From contig JBBTQQ010000007.1 of NCBI GenBank assembly GCA_038065615.1, forward strand, positions 12,473 through 76,472: DNA of 64,000 nucleotides. The letters are read 5' to 3'. Below are positions 37,663 to 47,604 of this stretch, in pieces; position 1 is the first letter of the stretch, and each line of letters starts with the position of its first letter. Source of the DNA: Patescibacteria group bacterium (GTDB lineage: Bacteria; Patescibacteriota; Doudnabacteria; UBA920; VMFF01). The position numbers were made by a program, and so were the translations under genes. The notes under the pieces were generated by a model. It saw nothing but the letters and a program-made list of their open reading frames with translations, ran no database searches and was not told the origin of the DNA.

Positions 37663-38948
37663 TAGTCTGAGGTTTGTCCTAGAATCATACCAATCAAAAG
37701 CCATAACAACAACTGGGTTTGTTGGAGTGTGTAGAAATAATGGTCAAAGAACATTAAGAAAATCATTGCTACGAACGCTGAAGTTAAAGCAATGCTGTAT
37801 ATTAATTGTTCGCCTTCTGTTTTTTCGATTTGATGCATCCCCTTTTTCAATATTGAGGCGAAAAGAACAGAGATTAGTATTAAACCAACAATTCCTGTTT
37901 CACATGCAACCTCAAGGAAGAAATTATGCGGAGGTTGAACTTGCCATGACTCAGTGGAATTAAGCTGTTTGCTCATTTCCGGGATCATATTCCCTATTCC
38001 AACTCCAAAGATTGGATGTTCAGAGAAGATTTTTAATCCAGTTGTATTGTAAAGAGTTCTGTTGTACACAGTTGGCGCTGTATTTGTGCGAGCATTAAGG
38101 AATGGAAAAAGAATAACTATTGATAAGATAGTTGTTGTTAAGATGATAGTTAGTAGTTTTTTGTATTCTAGCTTTGCTTTTTTGATTAGGAGAAAAAGTA
38201 TTAGAGTAAGGGATATGTATAGAGTGAGGAGGCCTGATCTTGAAAACGTTAGGTAATTCCCTATGATCATTATCGCTACGGCAAATCCATAAAAAATCTT
38301 TTGTTTATTTTTATTTTCTTGGACAAACAAATATATGGCTGTTGCACATGTAACAATCAAGAAAGCAGACAACTGGTTTGGATGAGCAAAGGTTCCGTAA
38401 GCTCTAATGAACTTTTCTCCATCAAGATCTATTTTCGCAACTCCGTCTATATATTTCCCTATTATCTGTTCTCCAAAGATCCTTAATCCAAGTGAGTGTT
38501 GTACGAGAAACTGACCAAGAGCTATTAAGCTTTGGAACACCCCTGCTATTACCAATGATATGCTGATAAGCCGTCTGTAGTTTGCTTCACGTGATACATT
38601 TAAGGCAAAAATGGCTAAGATAAGCCATTCTAGGGTTTTTAAACCCCAATACCAGTCATTTACACCACGTGGTGAGATTATCAAAAGTGAAAAGAGGGTA
38701 TTGAGGGCTATTAACCCAAAAACCCAGTATTTATTGAGGTTTTTTGAGATTTTGCCAGTAAATATGGACCAAAACAGGGTAATTACAAGAAGAATATCAG
38801 ATACATATAGGGCTATTGCCAGGTACTCGGAGAACTGGCTATTCAAGGTTGGAGAGAGATCAAAGAAAATATGCCTTTTTTGAAAGGGGAGTGTAAAAAT
38901 CAGAAGAAACAAGAGGGTTTTAAGGATTTTGTCTGATGTTAGTTTCAT
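37662..38948 (-). CDS. O-antigen ligase family membrane protein
   Basis: RAYGTFAHPNQL, TFSRSG, HPIFGVGIGN, PPHNFFL. Confidence 0.88.
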   Translation of the reverse strand: MKLTSDKILKTLLFLLIFTLPFQKRHIFFDLSPTLNSQFSEYLAIALYVSDILLVITLFWSIFTGKISKNLNKYWVFGLIALNTLFSLLIISPRGVNDWYWGLKTLEWLILAIFALNVSREANYRRLISISLVIAGVFQSLIALGQFLVQHSLGLRIFGEQIIGKYIDGVAKIDLDGEKFIRAYGTFAHPNQLSAFLIVTCATAIYLFVQENKNKQKIFYGFAVAIMIIGNYLTFSRSGLLTLYISLTLILFLLIKKAKLEYKKLLTIILTTTILSIVILFPFLNARTNTAPTVYNRTLYNTTGLKIFSEHPIFGVGIGNMIPEMSKQLNSTESWQVQPPHNFFLEVACETGIVGLILISVLFASILKKGMHQIEKTEGEQLIYSIALTSAFVAMIFLMFFDHYFYTLQQTQLLLWLLIGMILGQTSD

Positions 38949-38956
38949 GTGTAACG
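37896..38956. other. Cluster of four parS-like palindromes
   Basis: TGTTTCACATGCAACC 37896, TGTTGCACATGTAACA 38340, TGCTTCACGTGATACA 38583, AGTTTCATGTGTAACG 38941 versus consensus TGTTNCACGTGAAACA. Confidence 0.65.
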
Positions 38957-39092
38957 AAATACTTGATTTATTGATGATTTTATTGTCTAATACTTGATTT
39001 ATACATCAATCTGTGTTCTTTTCATAATTATATGTTAGCTAGACGCAATAACCAAATACAGATAATATACCTAGGTAAATAGCGCGTTTTTT

Positions 39093-39169
39093 GCCCTCGT
39101 AGCTCAGTGGATTAGAGCGGTTCCGTCCTAAGGAAAAGGCCGTAGGTTCGATTCCTACCGAGGGCACCA
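39093..39169 (+). tRNA. tRNA-Arg(CCU)
   Basis: TTCC-GT-CCT-AA-GGAA, CCA. Confidence 0.92.
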
Positions 39170-39176
39170 TAATTTA

Positions 39177-39250
39177 GGGCCCATAGTTCAGTGGTAGAAC
39201 GCGTCCATGGCATGGATGAGGTCGGAGTCCGATTCTCCGTGGGTCCACCA
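39177..39250 (+). tRNA. tRNA-Ala(GGC)
   Basis: CGTCC-AT-GGC-AT-GGATG, G3.U70; T-loop reads TCCGATT. Confidence 0.9.
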
Positions 39251-39266
39251 GAAGGAAAGAAAATAT

Positions 39267-39929
39267 ATGAAAATTTCAAAATTCTTACATTCTTGCATTC
39301 TATTAGAACAAGGGGATTCAAAGATCCTTTTTGATCCAGGAACTTATTGTTTTATGGAAGGGAAAGTTAAAGCAGAAGATTTCAAAAACATTTCTGGAAT
39401 TTTTATTACGCATGCTCATCCAGACCATTTTGATATAGAAGCGCTGAAAATAATTATAAAAAATAATCCTCAGTGCAAGATTTACACTAACTCTGATATG
39501 GGACAAGTACTAAGTGAAAATGGAATTTCGTTTGAACAGTTTGAGGATGGTGAAATAGAATTAAGACCGTTTAAAATACAGGCATTTTTTGCAGCTCATG
39601 CGCCTATTCTAAAAAGACAAATGGTAAAAAATACTGCATTTTTTGTTAACGAAAAGTTTTTACACCCCGGGGATTCGTACGCAGAGTCAGTTATGCAATT
39701 AAGTCCGGAAATTTTAGCATTACCAGTTGCTGGTCCATGGATGGATATGAATGCTGGCGCGAATTTTACATATAAGTGTCATGCAAAAACTGTTTTGCCA
39801 ATTCATGATGAGCATATTAAACAATTTTTTTCGACGAATATGTATAAAATATGGGAAACTGGCTTAGCAGATCAGGGTGTTAAGTTTGTTTCTATGTTAA
39901 ACGCTGGAGATTCGATAACTATTGATTAG
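39267..39929 (+). CDS. MBL-fold metallo-hydrolase
   Basis: HSC, FDPG, THAHPDH, HPGDS, PIHD; start ATG 39267. Confidence 0.9.
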   Translation: MKISKFLHSCILLEQGDSKILFDPGTYCFMEGKVKAEDFKNISGIFITHAHPDHFDIEALKIIIKNNPQCKIYTNSDMGQVLSENGISFEQFEDGEIELRPFKIQAFFAAHAPILKRQMVKNTAFFVNEKFLHPGDSYAESVMQLSPEILALPVAGPWMDMNAGANFTYKCHAKTVLPIHDEHIKQFFSTNMYKIWETGLADQGVKFVSMLNAGDSITID

Positions 39930-39938
39930 AACTAGTAA

Positions 39939-40015
39939 CAGGATGTGGCTCAATTGGCTAGAGCACTCGCTTCGGGTGCGAGAGATTCTCAGTTCAAGTC
40001 CGAGCATCCCGACCA
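39939..40015 (+). tRNA. tRNA-Pro(CGG) with two stem mismatches
   Basis: CTCGC-TT-CGG-GT-GCGAG; A.C mismatches in acceptor and T stems. Confidence 0.85.
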
Positions 40016-40023
40016 AAAAAATA

Positions 40024-40677
40024 ATGCAATTTCCAACATACAAAAGAGAAGAAGAGAAAATTCAAAATGGCTTTGATTTCATTATTGGTTGTGATGAAGT
40101 TGGCGCAGGGCCATTGGCAGGACCTGTTGTAGCAGCAGCGTGTATATTAAAGAGTGAAACAATAGGGGACAGAAGAACTTCTGACAAATGGTACTACAGA
40201 GTTCGTGATTCAAAGACAGTAAGTGAAAAAGAAAGAGAAGAGTTAGCTGTGGTTATAAAACAAAACTGTTTGTGTTATGCGGTTTCAGAGGTTCATCCTG
40301 CTGAAATAGATGATATAAACATACACAACGCAAGTCTATTAGCGATGCATAGAGCAGTTTCCAGTCTTTTAGAACAACTAAATATTAAAGATCTTAAAAA
40401 GATATTTGTTTTTATTGATGGAAAGTTTAGAATAAAAGAACTGTCTTTAGAACAAGAACCTGTGATCTCAGGGGATTCAGAAATACTATCAATTGCAGCA
40501 GCATCGATAATCGCAAAGGTTCATAGAGACGGTTTGTTAAGAAATATAGATAAAGTTTTCCCAAACTACGGATTTGCAAGACATAAGGGCTATGGAACAA
40601 AAGAACATATTCAAGCAATACAAAAGAATGGGGTATTGGATATTCACAGAAAATCGTTTTTAAAGAACATCATTTAA
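40024..40677 (+). CDS. rnhB: Ribonuclease HII
   Basis: GCDEVGAGPLAGPV, DSK, IAAASIIAK, HKGYGT; start ATG 40024. Confidence 0.96.
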   Translation: MQFPTYKREEEKIQNGFDFIIGCDEVGAGPLAGPVVAAACILKSETIGDRRTSDKWYYRVRDSKTVSEKEREELAVVIKQNCLCYAVSEVHPAEIDDINIHNASLLAMHRAVSSLLEQLNIKDLKKIFVFIDGKFRIKELSLEQEPVISGDSEILSIAAASIIAKVHRDGLLRNIDKVFPNYGFARHKGYGTKEHIQAIQKNGVLDIHRKSFLKNII

Positions 40678-40682
40678 TACGT

Positions 40683-40773
40683 GGAAGAGTGGCCGAGTGG
40701 TTGAAGGCGCAGCTCTCGAAAAGCTGTATGGGTCAAAAGCTCATCGTGGGTTCGAATCCCACCTCTTCCGCCA
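40683..40773 (+). tRNA. tRNA-Ser(CGA)
   Basis: CAGCT-CT-CGA-AA-AGCTG, long variable arm, G73. Confidence 0.95.
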
Positions 40774-40852
40774 AAGATAATCGCCCTAGAGGCGGTTTTT
40801 TGTTATATTATCAGCAAGAGGTCATGTTTCACATCTTTCATCGAGGTAGATC

Positions 40853-41026
40853 ATGTGCTGGAGAGATGATGTTCCCATGTCGCGGGTGTGCATACGTTGT
40901 GGCCAGCAATACTACGGCGACCTCGGGCACCGAGGATGTCCAGGCTGGCGGAAGAAAGATGAGCCAGCAAGCTCATCAATCGTGAGCCCCACGGTAAATA
41001 CTCCGGGAGCAGAACAACCAAAATAA
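40853..41026 (+). CDS. Small GC-rich Cys/His protein (57 aa), not in ORF track
   Basis: GAGGT SD then MCWRDDVPMSRVCIRCGQQYYGDLGHRGCPGWRKKDEPASSSIVSPTVNTPGAEQPK*. Confidence 0.55.
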   Translation: MCWRDDVPMSRVCIRCGQQYYGDLGHRGCPGWRKKDEPASSSIVSPTVNTPGAEQPK

Positions 41027-41086
41027 GGAGGGTAGCTGAGCTATTTACTCAAGAACCCGGATCCGCTCTCAATCAACTGAGAGCGC

Positions 41087-41125
41087 CTTCCCTTAACACG
41101 TCACTTGTTGGTGTTTTGAGGAAAG
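41087..41125 (+). repeat. 39-nt hairpin motif, copy B
   Basis: CTTCCCTTAACACGTCACTTGTTGGTGTTTTGAGGAAAG; 34/39 identical to 7926-7964. Confidence 0.8.
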
Positions 41126-41180
41126 AAAAATAGTTCTAACATCCTCCACGATGCCCCGCCAAGAAATCAATAATTAACAT

Positions 41181-41528
41181 ATGTCATCTAATATGATCCC
41201 TATTACTTCAATACGCAATTACGGCCAGCTATATTTCCTGTCAGGACAAATAGGTCTTAAAGATGGAGTCTTGGTTTCAGAAGATATCAAGGAACAATTA
41301 ATTCAGACAGTAGAAAATATAAAAACAATATTAAAAGAAGTTAATTTAAGTTTAAATAATGTTGTAAGTGTTACAGCATATTTAATAGAGCAATCAGATT
41401 ACGCAGTATTTAATGAAATATATGCTGAGTTGTTTCAGTCGCCTTATCCAACGCGAACAACAGTAACAGTAAAATCTTTACCCTTGAATGCAAAAGTTGA
41501 GCTTCAGGTTATAGCTTCAAAGGAGTAG
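41181..41528 (+). CDS. RidA/YjgF family protein
   Basis: LSGQIG, FNEIY, PYPTRT, LPLNAKVEL. Confidence 0.92.
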   Translation: MSSNMIPITSIRNYGQLYFLSGQIGLKDGVLVSEDIKEQLIQTVENIKTILKEVNLSLNNVVSVTAYLIEQSDYAVFNEIYAELFQSPYPTRTTVTVKSLPLNAKVELQVIASKE

Positions 41529-41538
41529 AGTAATTGAG

Positions 41539-42624
41539 ATGAAACAAATTTTAATAATCTACACATCCATAGGGCTGGGTCATAAAAAGATCGCTGAAAA
41601 CATTGGCGCTTCTTTAAAAGAAGACCTTAACAACAGCGTTGAACTATTAGATCTGTATGATGTTGAATCTGGGGGCTTAAAAAAATACGGAGAAAAGCTC
41701 TACTATATCCTCCTAAAACACTCTCCATGGATTTGGGAATTTTTTTACACAAACAAAGTGTTCATAGAAGTAACTCTTCCATTTAGAACATTTGTTGCTA
41801 GTTTCAATGCTAGTAAATTAGAGCAAGTATTAAAGAATAAACATTACGATATTGTAATTAGCACACATGCCAATTCATCTGCAATCATTTCATATTTAAA
41901 GAAAAAAGGAATATATACTGGAAAGTTTGTAATTGCTTTCTCTGATTATCACTTACATAGATATTGGCTATACGACAATGCGAATTTGTACCTTGCTAAT
42001 ATAAATGAGCAGAAGAAGGAGATGGTTTCCCGTGGAATTGATCCTGAAAAGATTGCTGTTTGTGGTATTACATTACAAAAACAAGAGTCCTTGGTTGATA
42101 AACAAAAGGTGAGAAACAATCTTGGGTTAAAAGAAAATGATAAGATAGTCATTGTTTTTGCTGGTAGTAGAGGCTTTGGTATGAATTCAGATATCATAGA
42201 TCAGCTTGTAAAAATAAACGCAGCGATCCTCGTAGTTTGTGGAACAAGCGTTGAGATAAAAGAACGCCTAACACAGAAATATCTTCAAACCACTAACGTT
42301 AAAGTTCTTGGATATTCAAATTTCCGCGAACTCATTTCCATCGCGGACATAGTTGTTTCAAAGCCGGGTGGTCTGACAGTTGCTGAATCCTTAGAGCAAA
42401 ATGTTCCAATCCTTGTCTCGCATTTTCTCCCAGGTCAAGAACGTTTAAATATAGACTACTTAAAAGAGCACAACCTCGTAATGCCATTGTCTCTTGATTT
42501 CTATGAGGCTGTTAAAGATGAAATACAGACAGGAAATTTCAGATCCTCACTAAAAGACAGCCCTGATTTAAAACGTATAGTCCAATATGGGGAAGTAGTT
42601 CGTGAAGCAATTTCAAAGCTTTAG
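41539..42624 (+). CDS. MGDG synthase/UgtP-like glycosyltransferase
   Basis: SIGLGH, ISTH, SKPGGLTVAE, PGQE. Confidence 0.88.
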   Translation: MKQILIIYTSIGLGHKKIAENIGASLKEDLNNSVELLDLYDVESGGLKKYGEKLYYILLKHSPWIWEFFYTNKVFIEVTLPFRTFVASFNASKLEQVLKNKHYDIVISTHANSSAIISYLKKKGIYTGKFVIAFSDYHLHRYWLYDNANLYLANINEQKKEMVSRGIDPEKIAVCGITLQKQESLVDKQKVRNNLGLKENDKIVIVFAGSRGFGMNSDIIDQLVKINAAILVVCGTSVEIKERLTQKYLQTTNVKVLGYSNFRELISIADIVVSKPGGLTVAESLEQNVPILVSHFLPGQERLNIDYLKEHNLVMPLSLDFYEAVKDEIQTGNFRSSLKDSPDLKRIVQYGEVVREAISKL

Positions 42625-42692
42625 AACTGTTGACCAGAACCATTAATTTTAGTAGTATAGAAACACGAATATAACAGAGTGAAACAATAAAT

Positions 42693-43235
42693 ATGGCTAA
42701 AGAAAAAAGATCATTTTTCGGGAAAATAATGGGTGGGGATGAACCAGCTCAGCAGGTAAACGTAAGCACAGAGCAATATGTGCAGCCTTTGCAGACTGTT
42801 CAAGATATAGAAGAGGAACAAGTTTTAGCAGAAGTTGATGATTCACAGGGCTTGGAGATAGACGCTCCTTCTCAAGCAAACGCTGATGAAGAATGGATGT
42901 CTGATTACGAAGGGACTTTAAATATTGACCTGTATCAAACCAGAGACAATGTTATTATCAAATCAACAATTGCTGGTGTTAAGTCTGAAAATCTAGACAT
43001 TACAATTGCAAATGACATGGTTACCATTAAAGGTGAACGTGTTAAAGAAGAAAAGATCCCCGCAGAAGACTACTTCTATCAAGAGTGCTACTGGGGTGGT
43101 TTTTCAAGAAGCGTTATTCTACCGGTTGATATTGATAGCGAGCATGTAGAGGCTGACTTAAAAGACGGTATTCTAACAGTAATTCTACCTAAAGCAGCAA
43201 AAGCAAAGACCAAGAAGATTAAGGTAAACGGCTAA
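42693..43235 (+). CDS. Hsp20/alpha-crystallin small heat shock protein
   Basis: ECYWGGFSRSVILP...ADLKDGILTVILPK. Confidence 0.93.
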   Translation: MAKEKRSFFGKIMGGDEPAQQVNVSTEQYVQPLQTVQDIEEEQVLAEVDDSQGLEIDAPSQANADEEWMSDYEGTLNIDLYQTRDNVIIKSTIAGVKSENLDITIANDMVTIKGERVKEEKIPAEDYFYQECYWGGFSRSVILPVDIDSEHVEADLKDGILTVILPKAAKAKTKKIKVNG

Positions 43236-43245
43236 CAGTGATTTC

Positions 43246-43278
43246 AAATGCCTCTGGGCTAACCCAGAGGCATTTTTT
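43246..43278 (+). terminator. Intrinsic terminator
   Basis: AAATGCCTCTGGG...CCCAGAGGCATTTTTT. Confidence 0.85.
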
Positions 43279-43295
43279 ATGTTAAAATATTACAT

Positions 43296-45506
43296 ATGGC
43301 AAGACCTAGGAAACACAAAGAACACCTCATTCCAAAACCAAGCTTAAACTTAAGCCCTGAGACCAAAAAAGGGCTTGCAGTAGTGTTGTTTGTAGCCCTT
43401 TTTCTTATAACTTTGCTTTCACTTTTTGGTAAGGCCGGTGTAGTGGGTGAATACATCTCTAATGGTTTTGTTTTTGGTTTTGGGTATATCGCATACCTGG
43501 TTCCAGTAATTTTTCTTTTGATAGGTATTGCTTTGTATAAACAAAGCGTTGATGAAGGTGATGGGCAGCACTTCTATTTCCGAACATACCTTGGAGCCTT
43601 TATTCTCGCAGGTTCATTAGCAGGGTTGATTCATATTTTTTACATGCGCGATGGTAGTACTGCATTAGATTTAGTTTCAAAAACAATTGGTGGTGGATAC
43701 CTTGGAGCATTGTTTGGTTACCCATTCTTTTCCCTAACTGGTTTCTGGGCTGCCTTGGTTATTCTAATAGGTATCATGATTACGGGTTTGTTAATAACCT
43801 TTGATGTTTCACTATCGAAATTAATTCCAAGCAAAACAGATTCAGATGAAGAAAATGGAAGGAAAGTTAATTTTGATGTTGGACCGATAAGAATAAACAG
43901 TATGGGTAAGAATGGTTTTGTCTCCGAGAAAGTTTCTTCAAAGAATAGAATGACGGGGGATAGTGATGAAGAAAAAGCAAAGTTAAAAACAAGGTCAATG
44001 GAACCAATAATTTCCGCACCTTCCCAGGACAGAAAAACAGATATGCCGGCAATCATTCTTGATGACAGAAAAGACTGGAAACTGCCGCCGTTTGATTTGT
44101 TGGAGGACTCTACAAACACAGTTGACAGCGGAAACATAGAAGTAAATGTTTCAATAATTCAGAAAACACTCTCAGATTTTGGCATAGAAGTTGAGATGGG
44201 AGAGGTAAATGTTGGACCGACGGTTACTCAATATACTCTAAGACCAGCAGTCGGAGTTAAGCTTTCTCAAATAGCTGGGTTGCAAAATGATTTGGCACTC
44301 GCACTTTCCGCGCACTCAATTAGAATGGAACTGCCAATACCGGGTAAAGCTTTAGTGGGTATTGAAATACCAAATGTTACTAAGGCAATTGTTAGATTAA
44401 GAGAGGTTTTGCAAACAGAGAACTTTGTTAAACACCCATCCAATTTGGCTTTTGCTTTAGGTAGAGATGTTTCAGGTCATCCAATGGTCGCAGATCTTGC
44501 GAGAATGCCGCATTTGATGATTGCTGGGGCGACTGGTTCAGGAAAGTCTATAGCGTTAAATTCTTTTTTGATATCCTTGCTTTACAAAAACACACCCCAA
44601 GATGTTAAGTTCATTATTATTGATCCAAAACGCGTTGAAATGACTTTGTACAATGGAATTCCTCATTTGATGACACCTGTTGTCATAGATCACGAAAAAG
44701 CAATTAATGCCCTACGATGGGCGGTTGCTGAAATGGACCGAAGATACAAAGTTTTGGCTGAAGCAGGGAATAGGAATATATTAGAATACAATGCTAACGC
44801 AGCTCTAAAATTAAACTACCTTGTAATTGTTGTTGATGAACTCGCTGACTTAATGGCAGTTGCTAAAAATGACGTTGAAGCAGCTATAGTGCGTCTTTCT
44901 CAGATGGCAAGAGCTGTTGGTATCCACTTAGTTCTTGCAACTCAGAGGCCTTCAGTTGAAGTTATAACTGGTTTAATTAAAGCAAACATTACTTCAAGGA
45001 TGGCTTTTGCCGTTGCTTCTCAAATTGATAGCAGAACAATAATAGACTCAATGGGAGCTGAATCACTTCTTGGAAACGGAGACATGCTTTTTGTGACAGC
45101 GGAAGTTCAAAAACCAAGACGTATTCAAGGAGCATTCATCGGAGAACAAGAAGTGCATAGGGTTGTTGATTTCTTTAAAAAACAAACTGGTGCTGTCATA
45201 TACAATGAAGAGATATTAGAAAAACCAAAACATAAAATGTCCATACCAGGACTTTCTAACGATGATGGTGGTGACGAGTTGCTTGCTGAGGCAGAAGAAG
45301 TAGTAAAACAAGCAGGCAAGGCTTCAGCTTCGCTGTTACAGCGAAGATTAAGGGTAGGCTATGCTCGTGCCGCTCGTTTGTTAGATCTTCTTGAAGATCG
45401 AGGAATAATAGGCCCAGGAGACGGAGCAAAACCACGTGAGGTTTATGTTTCAAGAGAAATGGGTTCTGTTGCAGATGAGGAGTATGGCGATGACTCAAAT
45501 ATTTGA
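43296..45506 (+). CDS. ftsK: DNA translocase FtsK/SpoIIIE
   Basis: N-terminal TMs, GATGSGKS, VVDELAD, ATQRPS, gamma domain LQRRLRVGYARAAR. Confidence 0.97.
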   Translation: MARPRKHKEHLIPKPSLNLSPETKKGLAVVLFVALFLITLLSLFGKAGVVGEYISNGFVFGFGYIAYLVPVIFLLIGIALYKQSVDEGDGQHFYFRTYLGAFILAGSLAGLIHIFYMRDGSTALDLVSKTIGGGYLGALFGYPFFSLTGFWAALVILIGIMITGLLITFDVSLSKLIPSKTDSDEENGRKVNFDVGPIRINSMGKNGFVSEKVSSKNRMTGDSDEEKAKLKTRSMEPIISAPSQDRKTDMPAIILDDRKDWKLPPFDLLEDSTNTVDSGNIEVNVSIIQKTLSDFGIEVEMGEVNVGPTVTQYTLRPAVGVKLSQIAGLQNDLALALSAHSIRMELPIPGKALVGIEIPNVTKAIVRLREVLQTENFVKHPSNLAFALGRDVSGHPMVADLARMPHLMIAGATGSGKSIALNSFLISLLYKNTPQDVKFIIIDPKRVEMTLYNGIPHLMTPVVIDHEKAINALRWAVAEMDRRYKVLAEAGNRNILEYNANAALKLNYLVIVVDELADLMAVAKNDVEAAIVRLSQMARAVGIHLVLATQRPSVEVITGLIKANITSRMAFAVASQIDSRTIIDSMGAESLLGNGDMLFVTAEVQKPRRIQGAFIGEQEVHRVVDFFKKQTGAVIYNEEILEKPKHKMSIPGLSNDDGGDELLAEAEEVVKQAGKASASLLQRRLRVGYARAARLLDLLEDRGIIGPGDGAKPREVYVSREMGSVADEEYGDDSNI

Positions 45507-46434
45507 AACAAAGAAAATACAAATGGAAACTCTCCCCGAATACCTTAAAGCGGCTCGGGAGAGTTTTTCATATGATCTAAAACATGTTGCTAAGATAACT
45601 AACATTTCTCCAAAGTTCATTGAAAATCTAGAACAAGGTTATTACCACCGTTTGCCTGCTGATGTGTATGTTCATGGTTTCTTAAGAAAACTCGCAGAAC
45701 TATACAGAACAAAAGCAGATGTTTTAATTGAACAGTACAAGAAAGAAAGAGGAGTGCATGATCAGATTACAAAGAAAGCAGAAGTATCATACAAAAGCTA
45801 CACTGATTCAAAATTTGAAATTACTCCAAAGACCTTAACGTTTGCTGGTCTTGGTTTGTTTGTTCTTTTCATCTTTGGTTATCTTTTCTATCAAGTGCAT
45901 GCATTAAATCAACCGCCTAGAATAACTATATCTCAACCACAAGACGGCGCTAGAATAACGACATCATCAGTTATTGTTCAAGGGCATGTTGATGTTGGTT
46001 CAACTTTAACCATGAATGATCAACAGATTTTTGTTGATTCAGAGGGCAATTTTAAACAACCAATTAGTATTTCTCCTGGTGAAAAGGTTTTGCTTTTCTC
46101 AGCTAAAAATAACTTTGGGAAACAAAGCACAAAACAGCTAGTGGTAATAGGTGACTTTGGGGTGAATCAAGCCCCAGTAATTAACGCGGTTAACTTAGTA
46201 ATAACTGGGGGACCGAATTCAACATGGATTACAGTTCAAATTGATAATGGGGCAGCCCAGAATGATAACATATCTAGCGGTGTTACTAAGTCATATTTTG
46301 CAAAGAACAAAATAGTATTAAGCACAGGTAATGGTGGCAGTACATCAGTTAATTTAAATGGGAAAAACCTAGGAAAAGTAGGTAAAGAGGGTGAGGTTGT
46401 TAGAGATATTCCTTTCACCGCAGAGGGGAAATAA
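45490..46434 (+). CDS. RodZ-like HTH membrane protein
   Basis: N-terminal HTH (LEQGYYHRLPADVYVHGFL), one TM, Ig-like region, C-terminal GNGGSTSVNLNG; follows ftsK. Confidence 0.8.
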   Translation: MTQIFETKKIQMETLPEYLKAARESFSYDLKHVAKITNISPKFIENLEQGYYHRLPADVYVHGFLRKLAELYRTKADVLIEQYKKERGVHDQITKKAEVSYKSYTDSKFEITPKTLTFAGLGLFVLFIFGYLFYQVHALNQPPRITISQPQDGARITTSSVIVQGHVDVGSTLTMNDQQIFVDSEGNFKQPISISPGEKVLLFSAKNNFGKQSTKQLVVIGDFGVNQAPVINAVNLVITGGPNSTWITVQIDNGAAQNDNISSGVTKSYFAKNKIVLSTGNGGSTSVNLNGKNLGKVGKEGEVVRDIPFTAEGK

Positions 46435-46493
46435 TAGTTAATTATTTTTTAATCTAAGTGTGTTAATATATATCTATCATTAAAGAAAAAAGC

Positions 46494-47537
46494 ATGGCTA
46501 AATTACAGAAAAAATCTACAAACAGTGAAACACGAAATAAAGCAGTGGCAGCAGCATTGTCACAGATTCGAGAAAAGTTCGGAGAAGGTTCAATAATGAC
46601 CTTGGCTCAAAACCATTCAATGGAAGTTGAAAGCATCCCAACAGGATCAATTTCTCTAGACTTAGCATTAGGCATTGGTGGCGTTCCAAAAGGAAGAGTC
46701 ATAGAAATATATGGTCCTGAATCATCAGGAAAAACTACACTCGCACAACACATAGTTGCAGAAGTTCAGAAAAAAGGCGGGGTTGCGGCATTTGTAGACG
46801 CAGAACATGCGATGGATCCTGAGTATGCTTCTAAAATAGGGGTTAAACTAGACGAGCTATTAATCTCCCAACCAGACACAGGAGAGCAAGCACTGGATAT
46901 TGTTGAGACTTTGGTTAGAAGTAATGCCGTTGATGTCATAGTTATTGATTCAGTTGCTGCTTTAACACCACGAGCTGAAATTGAAGGAGACATGGGTGAC
47001 AGTCATATGGGATTACAAGCAAGATTAATGTCTCAAGCACTAAGAAAACTGACAGCAATAATTTCTAAATCTAAAAGCACAGTCATCTTCATCAATCAGA
47101 TTCGTATGAAAATTGGAGTCATGTTTGGGAATCCTGAAACAACAACTGGTGGAAATGCTTTAAAGTTCTACGCTTCTTTAAGATTAGAAGTTAGAAAAGC
47201 AGCCCAGATTAAATCAGGCGAAAAGATTATAGGCTCAAGAATTAAAGTTAAAGTTGTGAAGAACAAGGTTGCAGCCCCTTTCAAAACAGCTGAGTTTGAT
47301 ATCATGTACAATGAAGGTATCTCTAAAGCAGGGGATTTGCTAGATACAGGCGTTGCATATGGGGTCATATCAAAAAGCGGCAATTCTTACACCTATGCTG
47401 AAACAAAGCTTGGTGTGGGTCGTGAAAACGCAAAGACCTTCCTTAAAGCAAACGATGATGTCATGACCGCAGTAGACAAGGCTGTCAGAGAGAAATTTGA
47501 GGCTGGGGAAGTTCCAGTAAGTTCAGACGAAGAATAA
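46494..47537 (+). CDS. recA: Recombinase A
   Basis: [22 protein letters not shown]. Confidence 0.99.
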   Translation: MAKLQKKSTNSETRNKAVAAALSQIREKFGEGSIMTLAQNHSMEVESIPTGSISLDLALGIGGVPKGRVIEIYGPESSGKTTLAQHIVAEVQKKGGVAAFVDAEHAMDPEYASKIGVKLDELLISQPDTGEQALDIVETLVRSNAVDVIVIDSVAALTPRAEIEGDMGDSHMGLQARLMSQALRKLTAIISKSKSTVIFINQIRMKIGVMFGNPETTTGGNALKFYASLRLEVRKAAQIKSGEKIIGSRIKVKVVKNKVAAPFKTAEFDIMYNEGISKAGDLLDTGVAYGVISKSGNSYTYAETKLGVGRENAKTFLKANDDVMTAVDKAVREKFEAGEVPVSSDEE

Positions 47538-47604
47538 CAGGATTTTTCTTTTAAATAAATAGTTTGATATAATACAAACAAGGGCAATCGCCCTTTTTGT
47601 ATTT

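Noticed and set aside
38958-39002. Direct repeat AATACTTGATTT, two copies
   Set aside because: Only two short AT-rich copies in a divergent promoter region; could be an operator but unsupported, and not CRISPR
39207-39266. ORF-track N-terminal extensions or ORFs at 39207, 39922, 56169, 40689, 29087 and 25381
   Set aside because: They run through tRNA genes; downstream ATGs give the real starts or the ORF is spurious
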